The translations under genes were made by a program, and so were the position numbers. This document shows positions 10,819 to 22,530 of a stretch of DNA of 64,000 nucleotides, piece by piece. Every line of letters starts with the position of its first letter. Position 1 is the first letter of the stretch. This DNA comes from an uncultured Solirubrobacteraceae bacterium. Lineage in GTDB: Bacteria > Actinomycetota > Thermoleophilia > Solirubrobacterales > Solirubrobacteraceae. The DNA lies in assembly GCA_963820745.1 (NCBI GenBank), contig CAWGBB010000006.1, forward strand, positions 110,415 to 174,414. The letters are read 5' to 3'. The notes beneath the pieces are model-generated. The model had not been told where the DNA came from. It saw nothing but the letters and a program-made list of their open reading frames with translations, and did not search any database.

Positions 10819-11824
10819 TCAGCTCGACGTCCCGATCAGCACCCCGGCGAACAGCAGGTAGGACGATCACGAGGGCGACGCCCTCCCACCGCGCGAGCCC
10901 TCGGCGCGTGTAGACGAAGACGAGCGCGAGGAGCGTCATCACGAGCGCAGACGCCGCCACGAACGTCGTCTCGGCGCTCGGCGGCGCGATCCCCACGAAC
11001 GTCGTCGGGATCAGCAGCCCCGCCAGCACGTTGATCGCGTTGCTGTTCAGCGACGTGCTGAGCACGGCGGATGCCCGGCCTCGCAACGCCAGGTACACGC
11101 CCGCGACGGCGTTCGGCAGGCTCGTGACGACGGCCAGCACAATGCCTCCGATCACGATCTGCGGCACTCCGTGGTGCTCGCCGAGCCGCGATCCGGACTG
11201 CTCCATCGCGATGCTCGCACCCACGACGACGAGGACTGCCGCGACGGCGAGGACGCCGTCTCCGACGCGGCCGCGCGATGGGTGAATCGCGGGCGCGAGC
11301 TCCTGCTCCTCCTCCACGATCGCGGACAGAAGCCATTGGCTCCAGGACCGGGGGATCGGCAACCGCGGGATGCGCTCGTGGCTCAAGCCGAGCACGAACA
11401 CGTAGGGGACGAACACTGCCAGCGCGAGTAGCAGAGCCGCGACGGGTGGCACGGCGCCGACCACGAGCAGCACGGAGATGCCGGCGATCCACACGGCGAC
11501 GGCTCCACCCAGCTCGACCACCCGGCGATGGAGGGCGATATGCCCGGCGACGATCCCGGCCAGGCCGATCAGCGCGGCGATGTTGAAGACGTTGGACCCG
11601 AGGACCACCCCGGCTCCGATCCGGTCCTGGCCTCCGATCAGCGCGGTCACCGCAGCCGTGATCTCCGGCGCGTCGGCGGCCAGGGCCGCCACCATGCCGA
11701 GCAGCGCCTCGGACAGGCCGACTCGCGCGCCGACGCGCTCGAGCGAGGCGACGAGCGCCCAGCTCGCGGCCAGGCTCGTCGCGGCGCCGGCGATGAAGAT
11801 CGCCCCGAGTGCGGGATCAGACAT
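10819..11824 (-). CDS. Na+/Ca2+ exchanger family (YrbG/CaCA) antiporter; frameshift near 10860
   Basis: ADAPEITAA, GVVLGSNVFNI, VVTSLPNAV, NSNAINV; corrected C-terminus YLLFAGVLIGTSS ends at TGA 10819. Confidence 0.85.
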
Positions 11825-12016
11825 CGGGCGCTCCGTCGCGGAGCGAGCGTCCGTGCGGCGGAACGCTCCCCGAGTGCGCGGCTTGATGTCGTGGTCTGCG
11901 AGCCGTCACCTGGTCCGTCCCCGGTTGGGGTATGCCGACCAGGCTTCCCGGCGCACCGGGCCGAAGTCTACTCGCGGGCGGTGCCCGGTCCCGCAACGAC
12001 GACGCGCCGCGGGGCC

Positions 12017-13244
12017 TCAGACGGCGGCGGACCGTGGCTCGCGCGAGCGCTCCGCGCCGCGGCGCGCGCTGATCCAGCGGATGCCGGGCTGTTCGGAGAG
12101 ACCGAACACGAGCACCGAGGTGAGGACCGTGAGCGCGGCGATGTTGACGATGCGTACGCCGCCTTCGACGTGCCGCGAGAGGACCAGGACGGAGAAGGCC
12201 ATCGTCGAGACGCCCTTGGGGCCGAACCACGCGACGAACGCCTTGGCCGCCCGGCCGACGCCGGTGCCCGCGAGAGCGACCCAGATGCCGAAGGGCCGGG
12301 CGAGCAGGAAGGTCCCGGCGACGACGCCGACCGCGGCCCAGCCGTCCTCGAGCAGCCCGTGGATCGTCAGCAGCGAGCCGAACACCGCGAAGGTGCCGAG
12401 CTTGACGATTTCCACGATCTCCTCGTTGCCCGCGATGAACGCCTCGCGCAGGTCCGGGCGGCGGATCCCCGTGACGATCGCCGCGACGAAGACGGCGATG
12501 AAGCCGTTGCCGTGCGGAGGGATCACCGTCAGGCCGTACGTCGCGAAGGCGAGACCGAGCCCGTAGAGCGCGCGCTGGTGGCCGGGGATCGACCCTTCGC
12601 GATCGTCGCGCGGCATGAGCAGCGATCCGAGGAGACCGCAGAGCAGCCCGTAGACGAACCCGAGGCCGACGTCCTGCAGCAGGAAGTGCCACCAGACGAA
12701 GTCGCTCTGGCCGACTTCGAGCGCCGCCAGGAAGGCGAGCACGGCCGGCAGCGCCAGCCCGTCGTTGAGCCCGGACTCCAGGTTCAGCGAGTGGCGGATC
12801 AGCCGCGGCACGCGAGGGTCGGTCACGACGCCCGAGGACAGCACGGGATCGGTGGGGCAGAGCAGGGCGCCGAGCAGGAACGACTCGGCCCAGCTCAAGC
12901 CGACGAGCCAGCGTGCCAGCGACGCCACGACGATGGCCGTGAGCGGCATCGCGACGATGATCTTTCGCAGCGGTACCTGCCAGTGGCGCTGCAGGAGCTC
13001 GCTGTCGACGTCGAGGCCGTCGCGGAACAGTACGAGGATCAGCGCCGTGCTCGCGAGATCCGTGACGAAGCCCGAGTCCGCCGTGCAGTTCGAGCACGCC
13101 GATCGCGCCGGGGCCGAGCAGGAAACCGACGAGCACGAAGACGGCGGCGAGCGACAGCGCGCTGCGCTGCGCGACACCGGACAGCAGCGCGCCGACGATC
13201 AACAGCCCGCCGAGCACAGCCACAGCGGCCTGGTAGGACGTCAC
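12017..13244 (-). CDS. CPA1/NhaP-type cation:proton antiporter; frameshift near 13090; start may be at 13268
   Basis: LCPTDPVL, ESGLNDGLALP, WFGPKGVST motifs; polytopic membrane protein. Confidence 0.88.
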
Positions 13245-13273
13245 GTCCTGTAGCGTCCCAGCGCTCATCCGCG

Positions 13274-14487
13274 ATGGCAGACGGGCGAGGTCACCTGAAG
13301 GTCTTCATCGGCATGGCGCCCGGGGTCGGCAAGACCTACCGCATGCTGCAGGAGGGGCGCGCCGAAGCAGACAGCGGCCGCGACACCGTGATCGGCTACC
13401 TGGAGCCGCATGGTCGCGCCGAGACGCTCGCGCAGGCCGAGGGCCTCGAGATCGTGCCGCGGCGCGAGGTCATCTACCGCGGTACGCCGCTCGAGGAGAT
13501 GGACCTGCCGGCGGTGCTCGCCCGGGCGCCCGAGCTCTGCCTGATCGACGAGCTCGCGCACACCAACGCGCCCGGGGCTCGAGCACGAGAAGCGCTACGA
13601 GGACGTGCGCGACGTGCTGGACGCCGGGATCGACGTGTTCTCGACGGTGAACGTGCAGCACCTCGAGAGCCTCAACGACCAGGTGACGCGGCTCACGGGG
13701 GCGACCGTGCGAGAGACGATCCCCGACGCGATCCTCTCGGCGGCCGACGAGGTCGTGCTCATCGACCTCACCCCGGAGACGCTGATCGCGCGGCTGCGCG
13801 CAGGCAAGGTCTACCGGCCCGAGCGCGTGCCGGCGGCGCTGAACAACTTCTTCAAGATCGAGAACCTCTCGGCGCTGCGCGAGACCGCGCTGCGCCAGGT
13901 CGCCGAGGACGTCGAGGTCAAGCGGCTCGTGCGCGAGCCGGTGCCGGTCGTTCGGCGTGACGAGGAGGGCGAGGCCGAGGCGGGCGAGCCCGCGCCCCAG
14001 CAGATCTCCGAGCGGCTGCTCGCGGTCGTCACGCTCGATCGCGAGTCCGAGCACGTCGTGCGGCGCGCGTGGCGATCGGCGCAACGACTCGACGGCGACC
14101 TGGACGTGTTGGTCGTCAGACCTCCCGGCCGCAGCCCGAGCGCCGAGGACCGCCAGCGCCTGGAGTCGCTCCGTCGGCTGACCTCGATGCTCGGCGCGCG
14201 GCTGCACGTCGAGGAGAGCGAGGACGCCGCCGCCGTCGCGATCGACCTCGCGCACTCGCTCGGCAGCACCTACGTGCTGATCGGCGCGCCGCCGCCCCGG
14301 CGCGGGCCTCGCGCGCCTCTGGCACGGTGAGAGCCTGCTCAGCCGGCTGCTCGAGGGCCTCCCGGGCGTCGACGTGAGGATCGTCGCCGACCCGTCGCTG
14401 CGCCAGGGCGCGCCGCCCGATAAAGAGCTCCTCAAGACGGCAGGAGTCGGCCCGGAGGGCGGCGAAGCCCGCGAGGAGAGCGCCTGA
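13274..14487 (+). CDS. Stand-alone KdpD N-terminal sensing domain + Usp-like domain; frameshifts near 13578 and 14310
   Basis: GHLKVFIGMAPGVGKTYRML, DELAHTN, STVNVQHLESLND, VRETIPD, NLSALRETALR; no TM or kinase part. Confidence 0.9.
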
Positions 14488-14587
14488 CGGCCGCGGGCTG
14501 TCGCTCTCCCGACAACGGCCTGTGGGTGGGATAAAGATCACTAACATCACGCAACCTCTGCCCCCGAGCCTTGTTCTGAGACGCAAC

Positions 14588-15595
14588 ATGACCCGTTCCC
14601 CCCGAACCATCCGCCGCCTCGCCGCGATGCTTGCGCTCGCGCTCGCCGCGACGCTCCTCGCCGTCCCCAGCGCTCTGGGCCGCCCTGCAACCCAGCCGCG
14701 CGCCCACGCCTCCGCCAGCTACCTGACGGGCGTCGGCGACGAGCAGACCTCGATGTTCACGAACCCGCTCTGGCAGCAGCTGCACACGAAGATCGTGCGC
14801 TACATCGCCCCCTGGGACGCCGCGACCCGCGCCGACGAGCTCGGGCGCGCCCGCGCCTGGATCAAAGCCGCCGAAGAAAACCACCAGCAGATCCTCGTCG
14901 CCTTCTACCACTCCGAGCACACCCCGACGAAGCTGCCGAGCATCTCCAGCTACCAGAAGGCCGTCGCGAAATTCGTCAAAGACTTCCCGCACGTGCGCCA
15001 GTACCAGTCCTGGAACGAGTCCAACCGCGGCAACGTCAAGGGCGCGTTCTCGAGCCCCTCGGCCGGCGCCTCCGCGCGCTACTACCAGGCGCTGAAGCGC
15101 GTCTGCAAGGGCTGCACCGTGATCGGCCTGGACGTGCTCGACGCCTACACGATCAACGCCACGCTGCGCTACATCGGCGAATTCAAGCGCGAAATCACGC
15201 ACCTGCACACCGTGATGCCGTCGATCTGGGGGCTGCACAACTACTCCGACCTGAACCGGCTGGAAAGCTGGCGCACCCGCGAAATCAGCAAGAAGTTCGG
15301 CGGTCAGGTGTGGCTCACCGAGACCGGCGGCCTGGTCCAGTTCAAGCCCTCGTTCCTGAACAACCGCGGCTCGGGTCTCTCGCGCGCCTCGAAGGTCCTC
15401 AAGTACATGTTCGCGGTCGCCTCCGCGAACAAGCAGATCAAGCGCCTGTACATCTACAACTGGATCGGCGGCAACAGCCACACGCGCTTCGACGCGGGGC
15501 TGATGAACGCGAAGGACCAGCCGCGCCCCGGCTACGTGACGGTGTGCAAGGCGCTGCACGCCGCCAAGTGCTCGGTCAAGACCGCGAGCAACTAG
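14588..15595 (+). CDS. Secreted clan GH-A-like glycoside hydrolase
   Basis: Signal peptide; SWNESN (acid/base-like), GLHNY, WLTETGG (nucleophile-like), LYIYNW; intact ORF. Confidence 0.65.
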   Translation: MTRSPRTIRRLAAMLALALAATLLAVPSALGRPATQPRAHASASYLTGVGDEQTSMFTNPLWQQLHTKIVRYIAPWDAATRADELGRARAWIKAAEENHQQILVAFYHSEHTPTKLPSISSYQKAVAKFVKDFPHVRQYQSWNESNRGNVKGAFSSPSAGASARYYQALKRVCKGCTVIGLDVLDAYTINATLRYIGEFKREITHLHTVMPSIWGLHNYSDLNRLESWRTREISKKFGGQVWLTETGGLVQFKPSFLNNRGSGLSRASKVLKYMFAVASANKQIKRLYIYNWIGGNSHTRFDAGLMNAKDQPRPGYVTVCKALHAAKCSVKTASN

Positions 15596-15605
15596 CGGCG
15601 CGCCG

Positions 15606-17326
15606 CTAGGCGGCGCCGACCGCGCTCGGCACCTGCGCGCCGGCGGACCGTCCGGCGCGCTCGTCGTCGCCGCGCTCGCGCCGCGCCAGCCACATCGCAG
15701 CGAGCGCGACGGCACCGGCGATCCCGCAGTAGACCGTCAGCCGCGTCAAGGGGTAGCGGCTGCCGCTGTGCAGCGGCAGGTTCAGCGCCGTGGCATCGCC
15801 CGCTTTGACGATGCTGAGCAGCCCCTGGTGGTCGATCCCGAGCGCGGTGGGGGCGAGCGCGGCGAACAGCGCCCACGCCAGCAGCGCGAGGAGCCCGGCG
15901 CCGAGCGCCTGCGCTCCCAGGCGCAGGCGCGGCGTCGCGGCGGCCACCACGACGAGGGCGGCTCCGACGGCGAGCAGGATCGGCCAGATGCCGCCCCAGC
16001 CGCGTCCCGCGCCCAGCGCGGTGGCGATCGTCGGCTGGAATTCGCCCTTGCTGAGCAGCCGCGTCCACACGACCGTCTCGTTCTCGTAGCCGACCAGCGG
16101 GTGGGTGATCGTGACGATCGTCCACGCCGCGACCGAGGCGCCCGCGAGCGCGATCGTCGGGCCGGGCCAGCGCTTCAGCGCGAGGCCGAGCGGGCAGGCC
16201 AGGAACGGCAGGATCGTGATCAAGAAGCGCGGTCCCGGCGCGCCGCCGCCGAACGGCAGGTAGTAGCCGCTGTTGTAGATCAAGTAGCAGGCGCAGACGG
16301 CCGCGATCGTCAGCGCCTCGGCGCGGCGCCCGCGCCGGTAGAGCAGCACGGTGCCGAGCGCTCCCATCACGAGCACCGGCGAGATCACGAGCAGCCCGCG
16401 CGAGTCGAGCAGGAGCGTCACGAACACGCGGGGGCTCGGAGCCGAGATGCCGAAGAAGCCCTGTTTCTGCTGCGGGATGTTCGAGTAGGCGAGGTGCGTC
16501 CACGAGTGGAAGGCCGCGTGGTTGTAGAGCAGCAGGGGCACGATCCCCACCACCGCCCCGAGCACCAAGGCGCCGGCGCGCGCGGCGATCGCGCCCGGCC
16601 GCAGCGAGTCGGGCCGCGAGAGCGCATATAGGCCGAGCACCAGCCGCGACGAACGCGAGCGGGTACTCGGAGGTGATCGCGTAGCCGACCGCGAGGCCGG
16701 CCGCCGCCAGCAGCAGCGGCCGCGGGCGGTCCGTCGCGCTCGCGCAGCAGCAGCGCGAACGCGGCGAAGCCGAGCATGGCGCTGAACACGTGCGAGAACA
16801 GGAGCGTGGAGAACGGCAGCACCATCGTGCCGAGGCCGAGCGCGATCGCCGCCGCGGCGCCGTAACCCGGCTCGAAGCGGTCGGCCACGCGCCAGACGAG
16901 CAGCATCAGGAGGAACGCCGGCAGCACCGCGCCCCACCAGCCCACGAAGTCGATCATCTCGTCTTCCCCGCGCAGCGCCGGCGATGAGCGCGCGACCCGT
17001 GGCGCTTCCAACGCCGTGAGCGTCTCGTAGAAGGGGAGCGAGAACAGGGCGAGTCCGGGCGCGCGCGCCGAGTACCAGTGGCCGCGGTAGTAGGCGCGGT
17101 CTTTGGTGGGGTAGGGGCCGGCGTCGATGTTCGTGCGCCCGGCGTCGAGCGCCCGGATCAGGTCGTAGTGGGAGCTCTGGTTGTCAGACCAGTTCTGGAG
17201 CATCAGCCCGGAAGCGAGGCCGGCCAGCAGGATCGCCGTCAGCGCGAGGCGTCCCGAGCGCGTGCTCGGCAGCACGCGCGCGAGGCCGCGGCGCTTGGGC
17301 TCGGCTTCAGTGCCCGCGGCGCCCAT
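15606..17326 (-). CDS. Polytopic membrane protein, GT-C (ArnT/PMT-like) glycosyltransferase candidate; frameshifts near 16640-16730
   Basis: ORFs 16418..17326 and 15606..16937 join; YSARAPGLA, GGGAPGPRFL; more than 10 TM segments. Confidence 0.6.
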
Positions 17327-19288
17327 CAGTCGCTGCCGTGCAGCGCCGCGGGGCCCGGACCGATCTCGTAGATCACGCTGTGCGGAGCGAGCCGGCGGGT
17401 GATGCCCAGCCCGGCGATCGGTTTGGCCGCGGCGGCCGCCGGGTCCGGCGGCTCGGCCTTCACCCAGCCGTGGTTCGGCGGCAGTTCCTTGATTTCGTCG
17501 AGGTGCAGCACGACGGTCTTGATCCCGTAGTAGCGGAGCTTCTCCACGCTCGCCTTGTCCGGGAAGTTGTGCATGCCGCCGCGGATGTCATCGACGGCCG
17601 GCATGTCGAAGGTGCTGTTCCCGATCGGGATCTCGTAGAAGCCGTCGGTCGAGAAGTACTGCCAGATGCGGTCGTGCGCGCCGTCTGTGGGCAGGTCCAG
17701 GCGCGGCCCGGGGAGACCGACTTCGGCGCGCGTCGGCTGCGGCACGCGGGGGTGGCCGAGGTGGCCCGCGCCTTCGCCGAGGATGCCGATCAGCAGGATC
17801 CCGCCGGCCACGGCGGGCACCGCCGTCGCGAGCCGGGGGCTGCGGGCGCGCATTCGCGTCGCGTACGGCCGCAGGCGCTCGATGAGCCACTGCGCGCCGG
17901 CGCCTGCGAGCAGGGCGTAGAAGAGCGTCCCCATCGTGAACACGCGTCCCGGCACGCGCACTCCGTTCCAGCCGGGGGCGTAGTCGAACAGCAGCCGGTA
18001 CGGGTAGCCGGCGCCGGTCAGGCCGAGACCCATCGCGAGCACCGAGCAGACGACCACCCCCGCGAGCAGCCCGAGGCGCAATCGTCGCGTCAGGGGCGAG
18101 CCGCCGAGGCCGAGCAGCCCCAGCACGGCGAGCACCAGGATCAGGCCGCCGGGGAAGAACACGTCCTCGTTCTTGGAGTGGACGTGGTCGCGGGCACCGG
18201 AGGTGACGCTGCCCCAGACGCGGTTCTCCGAGGACGCCGAGACGAGCGCGGCGGGCCCGGAGGAGTAGTTCTCGACTTCCTTGATCGTGCGCTTGGCGGT
18301 GGGGTACAGATGCGACACCCGCAGGTACGGCCGCGCCTGGTAGACCGTCACAGCGCCGAGCACGCCCGCGCCGAGCACGGTCGCGATCACCAGCGCGCGG
18401 GTGACGTTGACCACGCCGGATACCCCGCCACCAGGCGATCGCGACGATCACGGCGAGGATCGCCAGCAGGTAGGCGTACTGGAGGCCGAGCGTGAAGCCG
18501 AGGCTCACCTGCCAGGCGGACACGAGCCAGCCCGCGATCACGATCGGAACCGAGCTGCGCCGGTACCCGCGCAGCAACAGGAACAACGCCAGCGGGATGC
18601 CGCCCGAGGAGATCACGTGCAGATGGCCGGCCTCGGTGACCCGGTAGGGCGCGTAGGCGAACGCGATCCCCGCAGCGGCCGCGCCCAGCTTGCCCAGCCC
18701 GATCTCGCGCGCCAGCAGGTAGCCGCCGAACACGCACAGCGCGTACGCGAACAGGAACAGCAGGTTGTAACGGACCAGTGCGGCGACGGTGCCCGACCCG
18801 ATCAGCGCGGTCGGGCCGTAGCCGAGCAGCGAGTCCGAGAACGCGAGGCTCAGCGGATGGGGGTAGAAGGCGTTCGCATCGAAGATGTGGAGCGGGCTGT
18901 GCAGCATCGCGTGGCCGACCCACGCGACCTCCCACGCCGTGCGCACCGGGTCGCCGAGATCGGGCGAGATGCGGCTGCCCATGTGCAGCACGAGCGGCCA
19001 GGTCGTGAGGATCGCGAGCAGCACCCCGCCGAGCGCCACGAGCACCAGCTCGCGCGCGCTGAACGACGGCGAGGGCGCCCAGCGCCGGGGCGTGGCCTCC
19101 CGCGCCGGCACGCGTCCGCCGGGCGGCGCGGGCGAATCGGTGCGCGCCTCGGCGCCCGCGGGCCCACCGTCCGGAGTGGCGGGGCGGCCCGCTGGGCTGC
19201 TGGCGGGGCTGGGCAGCCCGGTGCTCACGACGGGCGGTTTTCGGGGGGCACTCGGATCGGCGGAGCATACGGGAGGCGCCTGAGCCAT
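17326..19288 (-). CDS. Polytopic membrane protein, GT-C/YfhO-like; frameshift near 18415; start may be at 19228
   Basis: ORFs 17588..19288 and 17326..18414 join; DLGDPVRTAW, FDANAFYPHPLSLAFSD, FAYAPYR, VRVPGR. Confidence 0.6.
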
Positions 19289-19354
19289 TGCGGCGCATCG
19301 GGTGCCCGCGCCTCGTCAATCCCGCACGGTCCGGTTTGCGTCAGACTGCCGACG

Positions 19355-20572
19355 GTGAAGGTTCTCGTGATCGGCGCCGGAGGCGTGGGCGCCGCGTTTG
19401 CGGCGATCGCGCAGCGGCGCGAGGCGTTCGAGCACGTCGTGCTCGCCGACGTCTCGATCGACCGGGCCATCGCGGCCGCCGACCGCCTCGGCGAACCGGA
19501 CCGCTTCGCGGCGGAGCGCGTCGACGCCTCCAACCGCGCCGAGATCGTCGAGCTGATCGTGCGCTCCGCGCCGGACGCCGTGCTGAACGCGTGCGACCCG
19601 CGCTTCAACGTGCCGATCTTCGACGCCTGCTTCGAGGCGAAGGTCACCTACCTCGACATGGCGATGACCCTGTCTCACGCCGACCCCGAGCGGCCCTACG
19701 AAGTGCCGGGCGAGATGCTCGGCGACTACCAGCTGGCCCTCGACGCCGAGTGGCGCGAGGCCGGGCTGCTCGCGCTCGCCGGCATCGGTGTCGAGCCCGG
19801 GCTGTCGGACATCTTCGCCCGCCACGCGGCCGACGAGCTGTTCTCCAGCCTCGACGAAGTGGGCGTACGCGACGGCGCCGACCTCGTCGTCGAGGGCTAC
19901 GACTTCGCGCCCACCTTCTCGATCTGGACCACGATCGAGGAGTGCCTGAACCCGCCGCTGATCTGGGAGCGCGAGCGCGGCTTCTACACGACGGCGCCGT
20001 TCTCCGAGCCCGAGATCTTCGAGTTCCCCGAGGGCATCGGGCCCGTCGAGTGCGTGAACGTCGAGCACGAGGAGGTCGTGCTGATCCCGCGCTGGGTCGA
20101 CTGCGAGCGCGTCACGTTCAAGTACGGCCTCGGGCAGGAGTTCATCGACGTGCTCTCGACGCTGCACAAACTCGGCCTCGACTCGGCCGATCCGGTCGAC
20201 GTGCGCGGGACGTCGGTCTCGCCGCGCGACGTCGTCGCCGCCGTGCTGCCCGACCCTGCCACGCTCGGCGAGCGCATGACCGGGCGCACCTGCGCAGGCA
20301 CGTGGGCGCGCGGCACCGGCAAGGACGGCGCGCCGCGCTCGACCTACCTCTACCACCTCGCCGACAACGACAAGACGATGCGCGAGTACGGCAGCCAAGC
20401 CGTCGTCTGGCAGACCGCGATCAACCCGGCGGTGGCGCTGGAGCTGCTCGATCGCGGCGAGTGGCAGGGCGCCGGCGTGCTCGGGCCGGAGGCGTTCCCC
20501 GCGGCGCCGTTCCTCGCCTTGCTGGCCGAGTACGGCGCCCCGCACGGGGTGCTCGAGCTGGACGCCGGCTAG
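19355..20572 (+). CDS. Saccharopine dehydrogenase / carboxyspermidine dehydrogenase-like oxidoreductase
   Basis: VLVIGAGGVG Rossmann motif, TYLDMA, GIGVEPG, HEEV; CAGACT 7 nt before the GTG start. Confidence 0.85.
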   Translation: MKVLVIGAGGVGAAFAAIAQRREAFEHVVLADVSIDRAIAAADRLGEPDRFAAERVDASNRAEIVELIVRSAPDAVLNACDPRFNVPIFDACFEAKVTYLDMAMTLSHADPERPYEVPGEMLGDYQLALDAEWREAGLLALAGIGVEPGLSDIFARHAADELFSSLDEVGVRDGADLVVEGYDFAPTFSIWTTIEECLNPPLIWERERGFYTTAPFSEPEIFEFPEGIGPVECVNVEHEEVVLIPRWVDCERVTFKYGLGQEFIDVLSTLHKLGLDSADPVDVRGTSVSPRDVVAAVLPDPATLGERMTGRTCAGTWARGTGKDGAPRSTYLYHLADNDKTMREYGSQAVVWQTAINPAVALELLDRGEWQGAGVLGPEAFPAAPFLALLAEYGAPHGVLELDAG

Positions 20573-20616
20573 CGCGCGGGCGCGCGAAGGCGCGCCGCCC
20601 TCACCCGGCGCCGGCG

Positions 20617-22275
20617 TCAGGCCGGCCCGGGCGGCGCGGGTTGCTCGGGCTCCGCCTCGCCCGCCGGCGGCGGCGGGGCTTCGGACTCGGGCCTGAACGG
20701 GTGCCGGTCGTCGGTCACGTGTTCGGGGCCGAACAGGTGCGCCGGCGCACGCTCGACCTTGGCGTCGAGCAGCCCCGGCGGCGCCGTTTCGGTCTTGCGC
20801 GAGAAGAACGGCCCGAAGTAGAAGCGCGAGACGAATGCGAGCAACAGGCCGATGATCATCCCGATACCGCCGAACCACAGCGGCAGCGTGAGCCCCAGGT
20901 ACTGTTTGCCTTCCGAGTTTTCCTTGTGACCGTAGTATTTGATCGCGTAGATGCCGATCCCGTACATGATCACGCCGCCGAGGAACGGGAGCAGGCCGAC
21001 GAAGATGAACTTCCGCGGGCTGTCGAAGATCTCCTTGCGGTAGTAGACCAGCGACGCGAAGCCGGTCGAGCCGTAGTAGAAGCACACGGGGATGCCGAGC
21101 GCGACGACCGCGAGTTCGAGCACGGTTTCCGAGATCAGGATCAGCGGCACCGCGACGAGGACCGACAGGATCCCGAACCCCCACGTCGAGACCGTCGGGG
21201 TGAGGAAGCGCGGGTGGATCCTCCCGATCACCGACGGGATCGCGCCCCACTTTGCCATCGACAGCGTCGTTCGCGCGGTCGGCAGGATCGTCGTCTGCGT
21301 CGAAGCGGCGGCCGAGGTGAGCACCGCGACGATCAGGAACCTGACACCCACCGAGCCCAGGACTCCCTGACCGAGCGCGTGCAGCACGTCGCTGGCGTTT
21401 TCTTCGTTCGAGATGAACGCCGTGCCGTGGTAGGACTGCGCGCCCGCCGAGACCAGCAGGTAGATCAGGACGAGCAGGACCGTCGAGACCACGGCCGCGC
21501 GCCCGGGGCCCTCGTTGGAGTCCTCTGACTCCTCGTTGACCGCCACGCCCGAGTCCCAGCCCCAGTAGATGAAGATCCCGAGCAGCATCGCCACGACGAG
21601 ATCGCCGAAGTTCATGGCGAACGGGTTGAACCAGTCGGCCTGCGGCTTGATCGAGTGGGAGGCGGCGTTGCCGGAGTAGACGTCGATGAGCGCGACGATC
21701 GCGAAGATCATCAGCATCACGAACTCGAAGCTCAGCAGCAGCTGCTGGACGCGCGCGGAGAGCTCGATGCCGCGGTGGCAGATCCAGGTCATCAGCCAGA
21801 TCCACAGCACGCAGCCCACGAGCGCGACCCAGGTGTGGGTTTCGCCGTAGTGCCATTCGAAGAGCAGGAAGGTGTAGGTCGCCGCCACGTACCCGAGCGA
21901 GGCCATGACCAGCACGTCGGCGAGGAAGACCGCCCAGCCGTTGAGCCACCCGAACGTCGGCCCGAACGCGCGCGTCGTCCACGCGAAGGACGTCCCCGCG
22001 TCCGGGTCGGCCTTGTTCAGGTACCGGTAGGCGAGCGAGACCAGCAGCATCGGCACGAACGACGCGAGCAGGACCGCGGGGGCATGCACGCCGACGCCCT
22101 TGTCGGCGACGATGAAGCCGAGGGTCGCCGCCAGCGAGTACGCGGGCGCCGTCGACGCCACGCTGATGACGATGTTCGAGACGTAGCCGATCGCGTTTTT
22201 CTTCAGCCCCTTGTTCTCGACCTGTCCGGTCGCGGGGGCTCCCGATATCCCTACTGCGGCCGCCTCGGTTGCCAT
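20617..22275 (-). CDS. APC-family amino acid/polyamine permease
   Basis: STAPAYSLA, YWGWDSGVAVNEES; 12 TM segments; intact ORF. Confidence 0.9.
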   Translation of the reverse strand: MATEAAAVGISGAPATGQVENKGLKKNAIGYVSNIVISVASTAPAYSLAATLGFIVADKGVGVHAPAVLLASFVPMLLVSLAYRYLNKADPDAGTSFAWTTRAFGPTFGWLNGWAVFLADVLVMASLGYVAATYTFLLFEWHYGETHTWVALVGCVLWIWLMTWICHRGIELSARVQQLLLSFEFVMLMIFAIVALIDVYSGNAASHSIKPQADWFNPFAMNFGDLVVAMLLGIFIYWGWDSGVAVNEESEDSNEGPGRAAVVSTVLLVLIYLLVSAGAQSYHGTAFISNEENASDVLHALGQGVLGSVGVRFLIVAVLTSAAASTQTTILPTARTTLSMAKWGAIPSVIGRIHPRFLTPTVSTWGFGILSVLVAVPLILISETVLELAVVALGIPVCFYYGSTGFASLVYYRKEIFDSPRKFIFVGLLPFLGGVIMYGIGIYAIKYYGHKENSEGKQYLGLTLPLWFGGIGMIIGLLLAFVSRFYFGPFFSRKTETAPPGLLDAKVERAPAHLFGPEHVTDDRHPFRPESEAPPPPAGEAEPEQPAPPGPA

Positions 22276-22376
22276 CGGCGCTCCTCTCCTCCAGCTCGTT
22301 GTCTCCCTGGCAGAAACTTACGACCCGGACAGGACGACCCGCAAGTGGCAACTGTCCCAAAAGGAGCACGGCGGTC

Positions 22377-22436
22377 TGTACGTCTCGTACAATGGAAGCG
22401 GGGCCGATTTGCCCACGACGCCCCTTGAGTGGCAAA
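22377..22436. promoter_or_regulatory. Inverted repeats in the divergent permease/aminotransferase promoter, candidate PucR-family sites
   Basis: TGTACG-tct-CGTACA (22377-22391); TTTGCCCAC...GTGGCAAA (22408-22436). Confidence 0.4.
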
Positions 22437-22530
22437 GCGCACGTGGATATGGTTGTCCTGAGTGTCTAGCCGAGCAGCTCGGCGAGATCCCGAGGCTCGG
22501 GAGACGGTCGAACGCGGAAGGAGCGATGCG

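Noticed and set aside
19316-22435. 1039-aa and other very long Arg/Ala/Pro-rich ORFs (also 647..2836, 11528..13960, 48275..50395)
   Set aside because: Shadow frames of real genes in high-GC DNA; no motifs outside the segments assigned above
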